DNA from: Desulfatiglandales bacterium
GTDB taxonomy: Bacteria > Desulfobacterota > DSM-4660 > Desulfatiglandales > Desulfatiglandaceae
Assembly: GCA_963662465.1 (NCBI GenBank)
Contig: OY759599.1
Coordinates: forward strand, 2,784,001-2,848,000
DNA: 64,000 nucleotides
Direction: 5' to 3'
Made by a program: the position numbers and the translations under genes. The notes below the pieces were generated by a model that saw nothing but the letters and a program-made list of their open reading frames with translations, did no database searches and was not told the DNA's origin. Positions 18,685 through 29,573 of this stretch are shown here, one piece after another; positions within the stretch are counted from its first letter, which is position 1, and every line of letters begins with the position of its first letter.

Positions 18685-19125
18685 CCCCGGCGGCATCTGA
18701 TACAATCCAGGAAGGGGTTTCATCCTGCCCCCGCTCACATCTTTCATCACCACATCCAGTGCAGTCTCCTAAAGATCTCCATCCATGTCCGTAATCCATA
18801 TATCCACCAAAAACCGGTTCGAATGGACCTCTTTGGGAAAAATCCCGGCGGTATAGATGTTTCCCGGTCGGGTCGGCGAAAACAGCCGGCACAAGCCGAA
18901 ACCCACGGGAAAACCCACCAATCCAGCGTAACGCTGTCCCCAAACACAGGCGCTTTAAGAAACGCCGCATCCAGGGGAAAAGGCGAGCCCAGAGGCCCCG
19001 AGCGATCGCCCAGCGGCGCCGCGTAAACCTTTGCCGTGGCGCCTTTCCCGGAAATGGAAATCCCCGCCGGCAGGACGGCTTTGCCCTGGAATCAATGCTC
19101 CATCAGATAGGGCGCGATGTTTATC
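18685..19125 (-). pseudogene. Deleted copy of the PKS dehydratase gene at 30528-31451
   Basis: 18685-19065 matches about 30590-30974; 19063-19122 matches about 31343-31402; the intervening ~370 bp is missing. Confidence 0.88.
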
Positions 19126-19228
19126 AGGGGTAGCCCGGAAAGTTTAAGAAATGAAATTATGGCTGAACTTGAGGCTGCTCAGGATTGCTACTCTTGACCC
19201 TCTGAACTAATCGACCAAAACACGTAAT

Positions 19229-19411
19229 TTCGGAATGGAAGAGAAGGATTTCCAGGAACTCGCTTCATTGATAAGGGACGTGGTCGTCAAAAACGCCCAT
19301 GTCAAAGCCGGGGTTGAAAAAATGCGGCAACGGTTTGAAGATCTTAAATTTTGTTTTTCCCAGAAGGAATTCTCAAATCACATGCAGAATCTTCACAGAC
19401 TTCTGCTATAA
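19229..19411 (+). pseudogene. C-terminal fragment of a serine hydroxymethyltransferase-like protein
   Basis: FGMEEKDFQELASLIRDVVVK..KMRQRFEDLKFCF resembles the SHMT C-terminus; no upstream part. Confidence 0.55.
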
Positions 19412-19550
19412 AATATTGGGGTATGAGTCAGTACGTGATGCGCTACTTTCGATGTTTTTTGTTGCTTTTCAGGTGCGCCAACACGGAAGAATAGAATCAG
19501 CATCTTTCAGTCATACTTTCAAAGAAACCGGGTGATCCCATGGATTATTT

Positions 19551-19673
19551 CTAATCCGAAACCTCTCGAAGCGATGAAGCCAGATTCCGTAAATCTATGG
19601 GCTTCTCAATGTATTTGCGTACACCGCGGGCCTCCGCTTTCTCTGCCGACATCCTCTCGAAACCTGAAACCAG
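19551..19673 (-). pseudogene. C-terminal fragment of a response-regulator receiver domain
   Basis: LVSGFERMSAEKAEARGVRKYIEKPIDLRNLASSLREVSD*. Confidence 0.6.
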
Positions 19674-19817
19674 GACTTGAGCAAAAGGTGTAAACCAGAT
19701 AGTGAAGGATGCCAATTATTATTGACGCTACAATATTATAGATGATATTTAGTAAAACTTAAAGCAAAGACATTACGGCCTCATCCATTTCAGCAGACGC
19801 AAGAAAGGAGAATAGCC

Positions 19818-22800
19818 ATGGACAACAGAACCTGGCTGCAAGGTGTGGGGTCCAGAACATCAATGCGCGGTTTTTGGAGATGCGCTGTTCTGGCAATTCT
19901 GGCTTTTGTATTGTTGCATCTCTCGCAAAGGGAAGTGTACGCGGTCCAAACCGTCATCCAGGACTGGGATGGCAGCGTCATGGATACCATCGACTGGACC
20001 ATCAGCAACAATGTGGAAATTATCGACAGTTGGGCAAGCCGTTGCAAGGTGTACAAAGGCAGTGATACTGATATTACAGCCTATTGTTATTACGAAGCGG
20101 ATTTCACCGAACTGGGCGGCTGGGTGGACGTCCAAGCCACGTTTTCCCCGAAAACGCGTTTTCAGCAAGAAAGCTTTCGGGTTTCCTATGGGTACTCACA
20201 GACCTCCCATCCATGCGGCAACTACGAGGTATGTCCCGAAACCTTTGACATCAGCCATGGGGATAATTTCTGGCCTTACTATTACCGCTGGGGTACAAGT
20301 CTGTACGATCCCTCCATGGGGGGATCTCTCGGCCACGGCTGGGGAATCACCATACGGTTTTATGGCTTTACTTACTCCCCTGGCTCCCCTATCGCCATCC
20401 GCAACTATGCCATCCATATCCGGCCGACCAATTCGCAGGCCCTTGCATGGCGCAAACGGTTCTATCCGCCGCAGCCGAACAATGGGCAACCGTGGCCCTG
20501 CTCACCCAAACCGCCCAAGCCCTATCCGCCCAAGCCGGAGGAACTGAAGGATCCGGCCAACCCCTATGAGGGCGCCGGAGCGTGTATGCCTTTTGGGCTG
20601 CCCGTCTATTGGGTGGACCCGAACACGCTGACCCTGTACGTACAGGACACGGATTTTTCATACGAGGGTCTGGGTCCCAGGGTAAAGATGACGCGGTATT
20701 TTTCCAGCCAAAGCGACCCGCTTCTCTATGACCGGAGCGGTTCCTTCGGACACGGATGGCATTTTTCCTATGACACACGGCTGACAGAATCCGGATGTAA
20801 TGTGATGCTGATGGACCTGGAGGGAAAGGAACGCATTTTCGGCTATCCCGAGGGGGACTGTGGCGGCGGAAGCGCGGGATCACCCCTTGAACTGTCTCCA
20901 TCTGAAAACGTTTTTGACAGGTTGTTTGCCCATGGAAGCGGTGTCTTTGTCCTGGAGCGCAAATCCCCGCGGGAATGGTTGCGATACGAGCCCTATGGCG
21001 ATGTTTCCCGCCTGGTTTCCGTGGCTGACGCCGCGGGCAACCAGATAACGGTCCAGCGCGCGGTGAATGGAAAAATCCAGGAAATTCGGGATGCCGCGGG
21101 AAGAAGCACCGCTCTGACCCACGACGCGCAGGGACAATGCACTGCTTTGACCGCGCCGGACAGCCGAAAGACCACATTTGCCTATGATGCCGGCGGGAAG
21201 CTCGTCCGAAGCACGGACTTCATGGGAAATCAGACCGATTACGGCTACGACGCCGACGGGCACATGGTTACCATGAAAAACGGGGGCAAGACGACCGCTT
21301 TCGGCTATTCCTCCAGTGAATCGCTGGGCCGCTACATATCTTCCCTGACCAACGCTAACGGTTTGAAAAAAACCTATCGGGTCACAATTGTGGGGAACAC
21401 CTTTGGGGTGGAGGAGGCTTTCCCGTCCAACAGCAAGAGAACATACACCGGCATGCTGACGCGTCCGGTGCTCATCAGCGCCCGCGACGGGGCCGACAAC
21501 GGTCCGGATTATGCCTATACTATTTCCGGTACAAGCACTCCGAGCGTTATCGGAGCTATTAATTACACGGACCCCCTGGGTGAAAAGACCACCATCCGCA
21601 GAAATGACCGCGGCAACATCACGAAATACGAATCACCGGACAATAACCATGTCACTTACACCTACAACGACACGGACAGGATGACGAGCCGCAGCAATTT
21701 CCTGAATGAGAAGTGGGCGTATGAATATAACGCCTTTGGCAATCTGACCAGGGGCACATCGCCCGAAGGGAGGACAACCACTTTTGAATACAACGCCGAC
21801 GGATTGCTTACGAAAACAACCAATCCCCGGAATGCCGTCACCCGCTATGAATACGACGCCTTCGGGAATCTTAAGCGAATGGTGAATCCCCTGGGAAATG
21901 AGATTTTGTGGGAATACGATACCCATGGCTTTAAACCAACGTCCATTGTCGATCCGCGGGGTAACCGGACCCGATTTGCGTATGATCCCTTGCACCGTTT
22001 GACCCGAACAACCCATCCGGACGGCACCTGGCGAGAAAACGATTACAACTGTTGCTCCCTCGCATCCTCGACCGACGAAAACGGCTATACGACCCTCGTT
22101 GAAAGCGACGGCATGCATAAACCCTTGCGAATTACGGACCCCTAGGGGAATGCCCTGGCATTCTCCTACAATCAGGATGGGAACCTCTCTCAAACAACGG
22201 ACGCTCTGGGAAGGATAACCCGGTTCAGCAATGATAAGGCCAACCGGCTGTCCCGGTTCACGGATCCCAATGGTGTGGCGGTTTCCATGTCCTATGATAA
22301 GCAGGGCAACATGACCACGATTACAGACGGGTTGAACAACCGGATGCAGTTCCAATACGACGTCAACCATCGCATGAGCCGGATCACGGATCAGCTGCTT
22401 AGAAACATCGTTTTCACCCGCAACGCGGCCGGTCGCGTGACGTCCAGAACCAACTCCCGGGGCCAGGTGGTGGGCTATGCATACAACAAGGACGGGTTTC
22501 TGGTGCAAAAGGACTATAACGGGGTCATTGAGACGAGTTATCAGCGAAACGAGGTGAACCGGATTGAGCGTATGACGGACCCTGGCGGGGAAACCGTGTA
22601 TGAATACGACCTGTCCGATCAGGTTACGGCCATTACCTATCCCAACGGCATGAAAGCGACCTTTGCGTATGATCCAGCGGGGAACTTGGAACGGATCGTC
22701 TACCCCGGCGGTGTGACGGCAACGTATGGCTATAATTCCCGAAACAGGGTCGAGGCGCTCACCTGGGGCGGGAAAACCGTCACCTTTCAATACGACGGCG

Positions 22801-23984
22801 TGGGCAACCTGATCGGCATAACCCGGCCCAACAACATGAGCACCACCATCACTTACGACAAAAACAGCTACGCGCAAAGCGTCGTCCACAGTCGCTCCGG
22901 CGGCAACACCTTGGTCCGGTTCACCTATACCCGGGATAAGGGCAACAACATTATTCAGGTGCAATCCGATTTGTCAAATGATTGGCCGGCCCTGAATCCG
23001 AGTCTCTTGACCGCGCCCCTGAACCAGTCATTCAATGCGGCCAACCAGGTGATCGCATCCAATAGCGACGCATTTACCTATGATCTCGACGGCAATCTGA
23101 CGACGATGGCGGGAGGGCGTGCGTTCACCGCCCAGTATGACGCGAAAAACCGGCTGACCGCCATGACCCGGAAAGGGATCAACACCGTGAACGCGTATAA
23201 CGGCCACGGAATGCGCACCTCCCGGACCCGCGCGGGACAGGTGCGCACCTTTCATCATGATCACCTCTGGCGCCTGCTCTTTGAGACCGACGGCGGCGGA
23301 ACGGTGACGGCCTACTATTTTTACAACGGGAAGCGGCTGGTGGCCATGCAGCGTGCAGACGCAAGGGTCTTCTTTCATCATTTTGACCATAACGGCAACA
23401 CCATGGCCCTGACCGATGCCACCGGCGCGGTATCCGCCACATACCGTTACTCGCCTTACGGCCAAATCCTTACCCAAACCGGCGCCGCGGACAATCCGTT
23501 CACGTATGTGGGGGCCTATGGCGTCATGGACGAAGGGGACGGCATCTACTTTATGCGACAGCGCCATTATGACGCCTTGACCGGCCGGTTCATGCAAAAG
23601 GATCCTATAGGCATTACTGGCGGGGTAAATCTTTATGAATATGCAGAGGGAAATCCCCTTTTAAAGGTTGATCCGGAAGGGACTTCCTGTACTCTCATTG
23701 CCTCAGCCATAGTTATCACGCTTGCAGTTGGATTTACAGTCAACTGGTGGTACGGTACTCTTGACAAAGAATCTGCAAAAGACACCACGGAAGGTGCGAT
23801 AAATGATGCAATCCCAGGTGTTAATATAGGCGTGGGGATTGTGAAAGGCGCTCCGGATGCTTACAAATACGTAGATGGAATAAATCGTCGGAATGCTGAG
23901 ATAGAAGATAACGATCCCGATATCGATTTTAAACCTTATATGAAGTATAGGAATTTTTTCAGTGAGGATGATTCAGGAGATTGA
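19818..23984 (+). pseudogene. RHS/YD-repeat protein copy 1, interrupted by one in-frame TAG (22143-22145)
   Basis: Signal peptide, DUF6531-like region, YD repeats, RHS core DPIG..NLYEYAEGNP..DPEG; TAG aligns with CAG (Gln) in copy 2 and the frame continues. Confidence 0.9.
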
Positions 23985-24248
23985 GAGCCTAAATGAGCGA
24001 AAAGCGTAAGGACATCACGACAGGGTAGCGGGTATGGAGTCGGTGGATCCGGGCGCTTGGGTTTGGAACACATGGAGAAAGGGCAGGTAATGCGGCAATA
24101 CGTTGATGGAAGAAAGAGAAAGGCAGCCAACCGCAAAGTGGCTGAAGCAACGGCAAAGGCATGCCGAAATGGGTGGCATGGACACGGGCGAAAGTTGCTA
24201 GGGGTTCGCATGTGTACCCTCCAAAAATGCAAGATCGGAGGATAAATC

Positions 24249-24728
24249 GTGAAAGATACTTCCACTTTTGTCTTTAGATTGGCTTTGCTTATCATGGCCT
24301 TTATAGCTGGTGTTTTAGGTGCTGAGGCGGCAACCATCACCTACACCTACGACGCTGCCGGTCGCCTGACGGGGGCGGATTACGGGGATGGTCTGAAGAT
24401 CGTTTACACCTACGACGCCAACGGCAACCTGCTCAAGAGGGACCAGGCGCCCATGTCCACGGTGTATGTCAGCGCGGGGAACTGTGGGGGCAAAACACCG
24501 TGTTACCATACCCTTGCCGAGGCGGTGAGCAGCGCCCCCAACGATGCCCTTATCAAAGTGGCGGCGGAGACCTTTTTGAGTTATACGGTGGATGCGGGAA
24601 AAACCCTCACCTTTGAATGGGGGTACGACTCCGGCTTTACCACTAACACAGGCGTTACCCAAGTTCAGGGGACTTTCAGAGCAAAGAATAAGACCATCAT
24701 CCGCTCCGGCGCCATACGGGCCAGGTGA
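24249..24728 (+). CDS. Small secreted protein: signal peptide + YD repeat + C-terminal CGGKxPC domain (copy 1)
   Basis: GGAGG-GTG start, AEA cleavage site, TYTYDAAGRLTGADYGDG..YTYDANGNLL, YVSAGNCGGKTPCYHTLAEAV. Confidence 0.85.
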   Translation: MKDTSTFVFRLALLIMAFIAGVLGAEAATITYTYDAAGRLTGADYGDGLKIVYTYDANGNLLKRDQAPMSTVYVSAGNCGGKTPCYHTLAEAVSSAPNDALIKVAAETFLSYTVDAGKTLTFEWGYDSGFTTNTGVTQVQGTFRAKNKTIIRSGAIRAR

Positions 24729-25172
24729 GATGATCGGTTGGAATGTAATTCCGGGGACAGTATATCAAATTTCTATTTTTCTTTGGCTTTCTTCCAGGTT
24801 TTCGTTGCTTCAAACAAATAAATATACTGTCCTCAGAACTGCCCAACTATCTATTTGTGGAGAAAAAGCGGCAATGGGTACACTGTCCCCGGAATTTAAG
24901 CACAAATTAAATCATGAAGTAAACAAAATACAGAAGAATTCTACAGAGGGTCTGATTGTTTAAGGAAAAACCCAAGTAGGGACAATACCCCTTTTTCGCC
25001 CATAATCCACGATGAACCTATTTGTTAAAGGCGACTGAAGATAAAGCTTTTCCAATTCCGATAGGTGACAATATTTTATTGAAATCAAGAAATACCCATT
25101 ATAAAATGTCTATTCAGAGTAAAAAAATTGCCGTTCATCCATTTCAGAAGGCGCAAAATAAGGAGAATAGCC

Positions 25173-28100
25173 ATGAACAACAGAACTTGGCTGCAAAATG
25201 TGGGGTCCAGAGCATCAATGCGCGGTTTTTGGAGATGCGCTGTTCCGGCAATTCTGGTTTTTGTATTGTTGCATTTTCCGCAAGGGGGAGCCTACGCGGA
25301 ATCGGTCCAAACCGTGATCAATGACTGGGATGGCAGCGTCATGGACACCATCGACTGGACCATCAGCAACAACGTGGAACTCACTTTGGTAAAAAAAATC
25401 TGCAAGGTGACGAAACCTAATGATCTTGATGTTAATGCCTATTGTTATTACGAAGCGGATTTCACCCATGTGGGCGGCTGGGTGGACGTCAATGTCACAA
25501 TGTCTCCGCAAACGCGGTTTCAGTTTGAAAGCCTTAGGGTTTCCTATGGGTACTCTCATACCACGAATCCGTGCGGCAACTATGATGAATGTCCCGAAAC
25601 CTTGAATGTCAGCCATGGGGATAATTTCTGGCCCTACTACTACCAGTTTAACAGGAACCAGGGCTGGGGAATCATCATACAATTTTTCGGCTATAATGGA
25701 TATTATAAAGCCATTCGCAACTATGTCATCCATATCGCGCCGTCCAAATCGAAGGCTTTTGCATGGCGCGAACGGTTCTATCCGCCGCAACCTGACAATA
25801 ATGGTCAGCCGTGGCCCTGCTCGCCCAAACCGCCCAAGCCCTATCCACCCAAGCCCGAAGATCTCAAGGACCCGACCAACCCCTATGAGGGCGCCGGTGC
25901 GTGTGTGCCTTTTGGGTTGCCCGTCTATTGGGTGGACCCGAACACACTGACCATGCACATGCAGGACACGGATTTTTCCTACGAGGGTCTGGGGCCCAAG
26001 GTAAAGATGACACGCTATTTTTCCAGTAAAAGCGACCCGCTGCTTTATGACCAGAGCGGATCGTTCGGACACGGATGGCATTTTTCCTATGACACTCGGC
26101 TGACAAAATCCGGATGTGCCGTAATGTTGGTGAACCTGGAGGGAAAGGAGCGTATCTTTGCCTATCCCGAGGGAGCCTGCGGCGGCGGAAGCCCGGGGGC
26201 GCCCCTTGAACTGTCTCGATCTGAAAACGTTTTTGACAGGTTGTTCGCCCATGGAAGCGGTGTCTTTGTTCTGGAGCGCAAGTCCCCGAGGGAGTGGTTG
26301 CGATATGAACCCTATGGCGACGTTTCCCTCCTGGTTTCCGTGGCTGACGCCGCGGGCAACCAGATAAAGGTCCAGCGCGCGGCGAATGGAAAAATCCAGG
26401 AAATTCGGGATGCTGCGGGAAGAAGCACCGCTCTGACCCACGACGCGCAGGGACGATGCACCGCCTTGACCACGCCGGACAGCCGGAAGACCACATTTGC
26501 CTATGATGCCGGCGGGAAGCTCGTCCGAAGCACGGACTTCATGGGAAATCAGACCGATTACGTCTACGACGCCGACGGCCATATGCTTTCCATGAAAACC
26601 GGTGACAAAACCACCGCTTTCGGCTATTCCTCCAGTGAATCGCTGGGCCGCTACATTTCTTCCCTGACCAACGCTAACGGTTTGAAAAAAACCTATCGGG
26701 TCACAAACGTGGTGACCGCCTTCGGGGTGGAGGAGGCTTTTCCGTCCACCAACAAGAGAACATACACCGGCGACCTGACGCGTCCGTGGCTCACCGGCGC
26801 CCGCGACGGGGCCGGCAACGGCCCAGATTATGCCTATACTTATTCTGGTACAAGCACTCCGACTCCGAGCGTTATCGGGGCTATTAATTACACGGACCCC
26901 CTGGGTCAAAAAACCACCATACGCAAGGATGCCCGCGGCAACATCACCAAATACGAATTCCCGGACAACAACCATGACACTTACACCTACAACGACACGG
27001 ACAGGATGACGAGCCGCAGCAATTTCCTGAATGAGAAGTGGGAGTATGAATACAACGCCATGGGGAATATGACCAAGGCCACATCGCCCGGAGGGAAGAC
27101 AACCACCTTTGAATACAACGCCGACGGATTGCTCACCAAAGCAACCAATCCCCGGAATGCCGTCACCCGTTATGAATACGACGCCTTCGGCAATCTTAAG
27201 CGAATGGTGAATCCCCTGGAAAATGAGATTTTGTGGGAATACGATACCCATGGCTTTAAACCAACGTCCATTGTCGATCCGCGGAGCAACCGGACCCGAT
27301 TTGCGTACGATCCTTTGCACCGTTTGACCCGAATAACCCATCCGGACGGCACCTGGCGGGAAAACGATTACAACTGTTGCTCCCTCGCATCCTCGACCGA
27401 CGAAAACGGCTATACAACCCTCGTTGAAAGCGATGCTCTGCACAAACCCGTGCGGATTACGGACCCCCAGGGGAATGCGCTGGCATTCGCCTACAATCAG
27501 GATGGGAACCTCTCTCAAACAACGGACGTCTTGGGGAGGATAACCCGGTTCAGCAATGATAAGGCCAACCGGCTGTCCCGGTTCACGGATCCCAATGGTG
27601 TGGCGGTTTCCATGTCCTATGATAAGCAGGGCAAAATGACAACGGTTACGGACGGGTTAAACAACCGGATGGAGTTTCAATACGACGCCAACCATCGCAT
27701 GAGCCGGATCACGGATCAGCTGCTTAGAAACATCGTCTTCACCCGCGACGCGGCCGGTCGCGTGACGTCCAGAACCAACTCCCGGGGCCAGGTGGTGGGC
27801 TATGCATACAACAAGGACGGGTTTCTGGTGCAAAAGGACTATAACGGGGTCATTGAGACGAGTTATCAGCGAAACGAGGTGAACCGGATTGAGCGTATGA
27901 CGGACCCTGGCGGGGAAACCGTGTATGAATACGACCTGTCCGATCAGGTTACGGCCATTACCTATCCCAACGGCATGAAAGCGACCTTTGCGTATGATCC
28001 AGCGGGGAACTTGGAACGGATCGTCTACCCCGGCGGTGTGACGGCAACGTATGGCTATAATTCCCGAAACAGGGTCGAGGCGCTCACCTGGGGCGGGAAA

Positions 28101-29309
28101 ACCGTCACCTTTCAATACGACGGCGTGGGCAACCTGATCGGCATAACCCGGCCCAACAACATGAGCACAACCATCACTTACGATAAAAACAGCTACGCGC
28201 AAAGCGTCGTCCACAGTCGCTCCGGCGGCAACACCTTGGTCCGGTTCACCTATACCCGGGATAAGGGCAACAACATTATTCAGGTGCAATCCGATTTGTC
28301 AAATGATTGGCCGGCCCTGAATCCGAGTCTCTTGACCGCGCCCCTGAACCAGTCATTCAATGTGGCCAACCAGGTGATCGCATCCAACAGCGACGCATTT
28401 ACCTATGATCTCGACGGCAATCTGACGACGATGGCGGGAGGGCGTGCGTTCACCGCCCAGTATGACGCGAAAAACCGGCTGACCGCCATGACCCGGAAAG
28501 GGATCAACACCGTAAACGCGTACAACGGCCACGGAATGCGCGCCTCCCGGACCCGCGCCGGGCAGGTGCGCACCTTTCATCACGATCACCTCTGGCGCCT
28601 GCTCTTTGAAACCGACGGCGGCGGGACGGTGACGGCCTACTATTTTTACAACGGGAGGCGGCTGGTGGCCATGCAGCGGGTGGGCGCGGGGAACTTCTTT
28701 CATCATTTTGACCACAACGGCAACACCATGGCCCTGACCGATGCCTCCGGCGCGGTATCCGCCACATACCGTTACTCGCCTTACGGCCAAATCCTTACCC
28801 AAACCGGCGCCGTGGACAATCCGTTCACGTATGTTGGGGCCTATGGGGTCATGGACGAAGGGGACGGCATCTACTTTATGCGACAGCGCCATTATGACGC
28901 CTTGACCGGCCGGTTCATGCAAAAGGATCCTATAGGCATTACTGGCGGGGTAAATCTTTATGAATATGCAGAGGGAAATCCCCTTTTAAAGGTTGATCCG
29001 GAAGGGACTTCCTGTACTCTCATTGCCTCAGCCATAGTTATCACGCTTGCAGTTGGATTTACAGTCAACTGGTGGTACGGTACTCTTGACAAAGAATCTG
29101 CAAAAGACACCACGGAAGGTGCGATAAATGATGCAATCCCAGGTGTTAATATAGGCGTGGGGATTGTGAAAGGCGCTCCGGATGCTTACAAATACGTAGA
29201 TGGAATAAATCGTCGGAATGCTGAGATAGAAGATAACGATCCCGATATCGATTTTAAACCTTATATGAAGTATAGGAATTTTTTCAGTGATGATGATTCA
29301 GGAGATTGA
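25173..29309 (+). CDS. RHS/YD-repeat protein copy 2 (intact, 1378 aa)
   Basis: AAGGAG-ATG at 25173, signal peptide, YD repeats, RHS core with DPEG followed by a 100-aa tip. Confidence 0.93.
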   Translation: MNNRTWLQNVGSRASMRGFWRCAVPAILVFVLLHFPQGGAYAESVQTVINDWDGSVMDTIDWTISNNVELTLVKKICKVTKPNDLDVNAYCYYEADFTHVGGWVDVNVTMSPQTRFQFESLRVSYGYSHTTNPCGNYDECPETLNVSHGDNFWPYYYQFNRNQGWGIIIQFFGYNGYYKAIRNYVIHIAPSKSKAFAWRERFYPPQPDNNGQPWPCSPKPPKPYPPKPEDLKDPTNPYEGAGACVPFGLPVYWVDPNTLTMHMQDTDFSYEGLGPKVKMTRYFSSKSDPLLYDQSGSFGHGWHFSYDTRLTKSGCAVMLVNLEGKERIFAYPEGACGGGSPGAPLELSRSENVFDRLFAHGSGVFVLERKSPREWLRYEPYGDVSLLVSVADAAGNQIKVQRAANGKIQEIRDAAGRSTALTHDAQGRCTALTTPDSRKTTFAYDAGGKLVRSTDFMGNQTDYVYDADGHMLSMKTGDKTTAFGYSSSESLGRYISSLTNANGLKKTYRVTNVVTAFGVEEAFPSTNKRTYTGDLTRPWLTGARDGAGNGPDYAYTYSGTSTPTPSVIGAINYTDPLGQKTTIRKDARGNITKYEFPDNNHDTYTYNDTDRMTSRSNFLNEKWEYEYNAMGNMTKATSPGGKTTTFEYNADGLLTKATNPRNAVTRYEYDAFGNLKRMVNPLENEILWEYDTHGFKPTSIVDPRSNRTRFAYDPLHRLTRITHPDGTWRENDYNCCSLASSTDENGYTTLVESDALHKPVRITDPQGNALAFAYNQDGNLSQTTDVLGRITRFSNDKANRLSRFTDPNGVAVSMSYDKQGKMTTVTDGLNNRMEFQYDANHRMSRITDQLLRNIVFTRDAAGRVTSRTNSRGQVVGYAYNKDGFLVQKDYNGVIETSYQRNEVNRIERMTDPGGETVYEYDLSDQVTAITYPNGMKATFAYDPAGNLERIVYPGGVTATYGYNSRNRVEALTWGGKTVTFQYDGVGNLIGITRPNNMSTTITYDKNSYAQSVVHSRSGGNTLVRFTYTRDKGNNIIQVQSDLSNDWPALNPSLLTAPLNQSFNVANQVIASNSDAFTYDLDGNLTTMAGGRAFTAQYDAKNRLTAMTRKGINTVNAYNGHGMRASRTRAGQVRTFHHDHLWRLLFETDGGGTVTAYYFYNGRRLVAMQRVGAGNFFHHFDHNGNTMALTDASGAVSATYRYSPYGQILTQTGAVDNPFTYVGAYGVMDEGDGIYFMRQRHYDALTGRFMQKDPIGITGGVNLYEYAEGNPLLKVDPEGTSCTLIASAIVITLAVGFTVNWWYGTLDKESAKDTTEGAINDAIPGVNIGVGIVKGAPDAYKYVDGINRRNAEIEDNDPDIDFKPYMKYRNFFSDDDSGD

Positions 29310-29573
29310 GAGCCTAAATGAACGAAAAGCGTAAGGACATCACGACAGGGTAGCGAGTATGGAGTCGGTGGATCCGGGCGCTTGGGTTTGGAACACATGG
29401 AGAAAGGGCAGGTAATGCGGCAATACGTTGATGGAAGGAAGAGAAAGGCAGCCAACCGCAAAGTGGCTGAAGCAACAGCAAAGGCATGCCGAAATGGGTG
29501 GCATGGACACGGGCGAAAGTCGATAGGGGTTCGCATGTGTACCCTTCAAAAATGCAAAATCGGAGGATAAATC

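Noticed and set aside
25215..27518. 767-aa and other long antisense ORFs over RHS, KS and housekeeping genes
   Set aside because: Shadow ORFs on the opposite strand of well-supported genes, with no motifs
19818..29309. RHS copies or the DUF1566 gene as a diversity-generating retroelement template/variable pair
   Set aside because: No reverse transcriptase in the window; differences include non-adenine positions and indels
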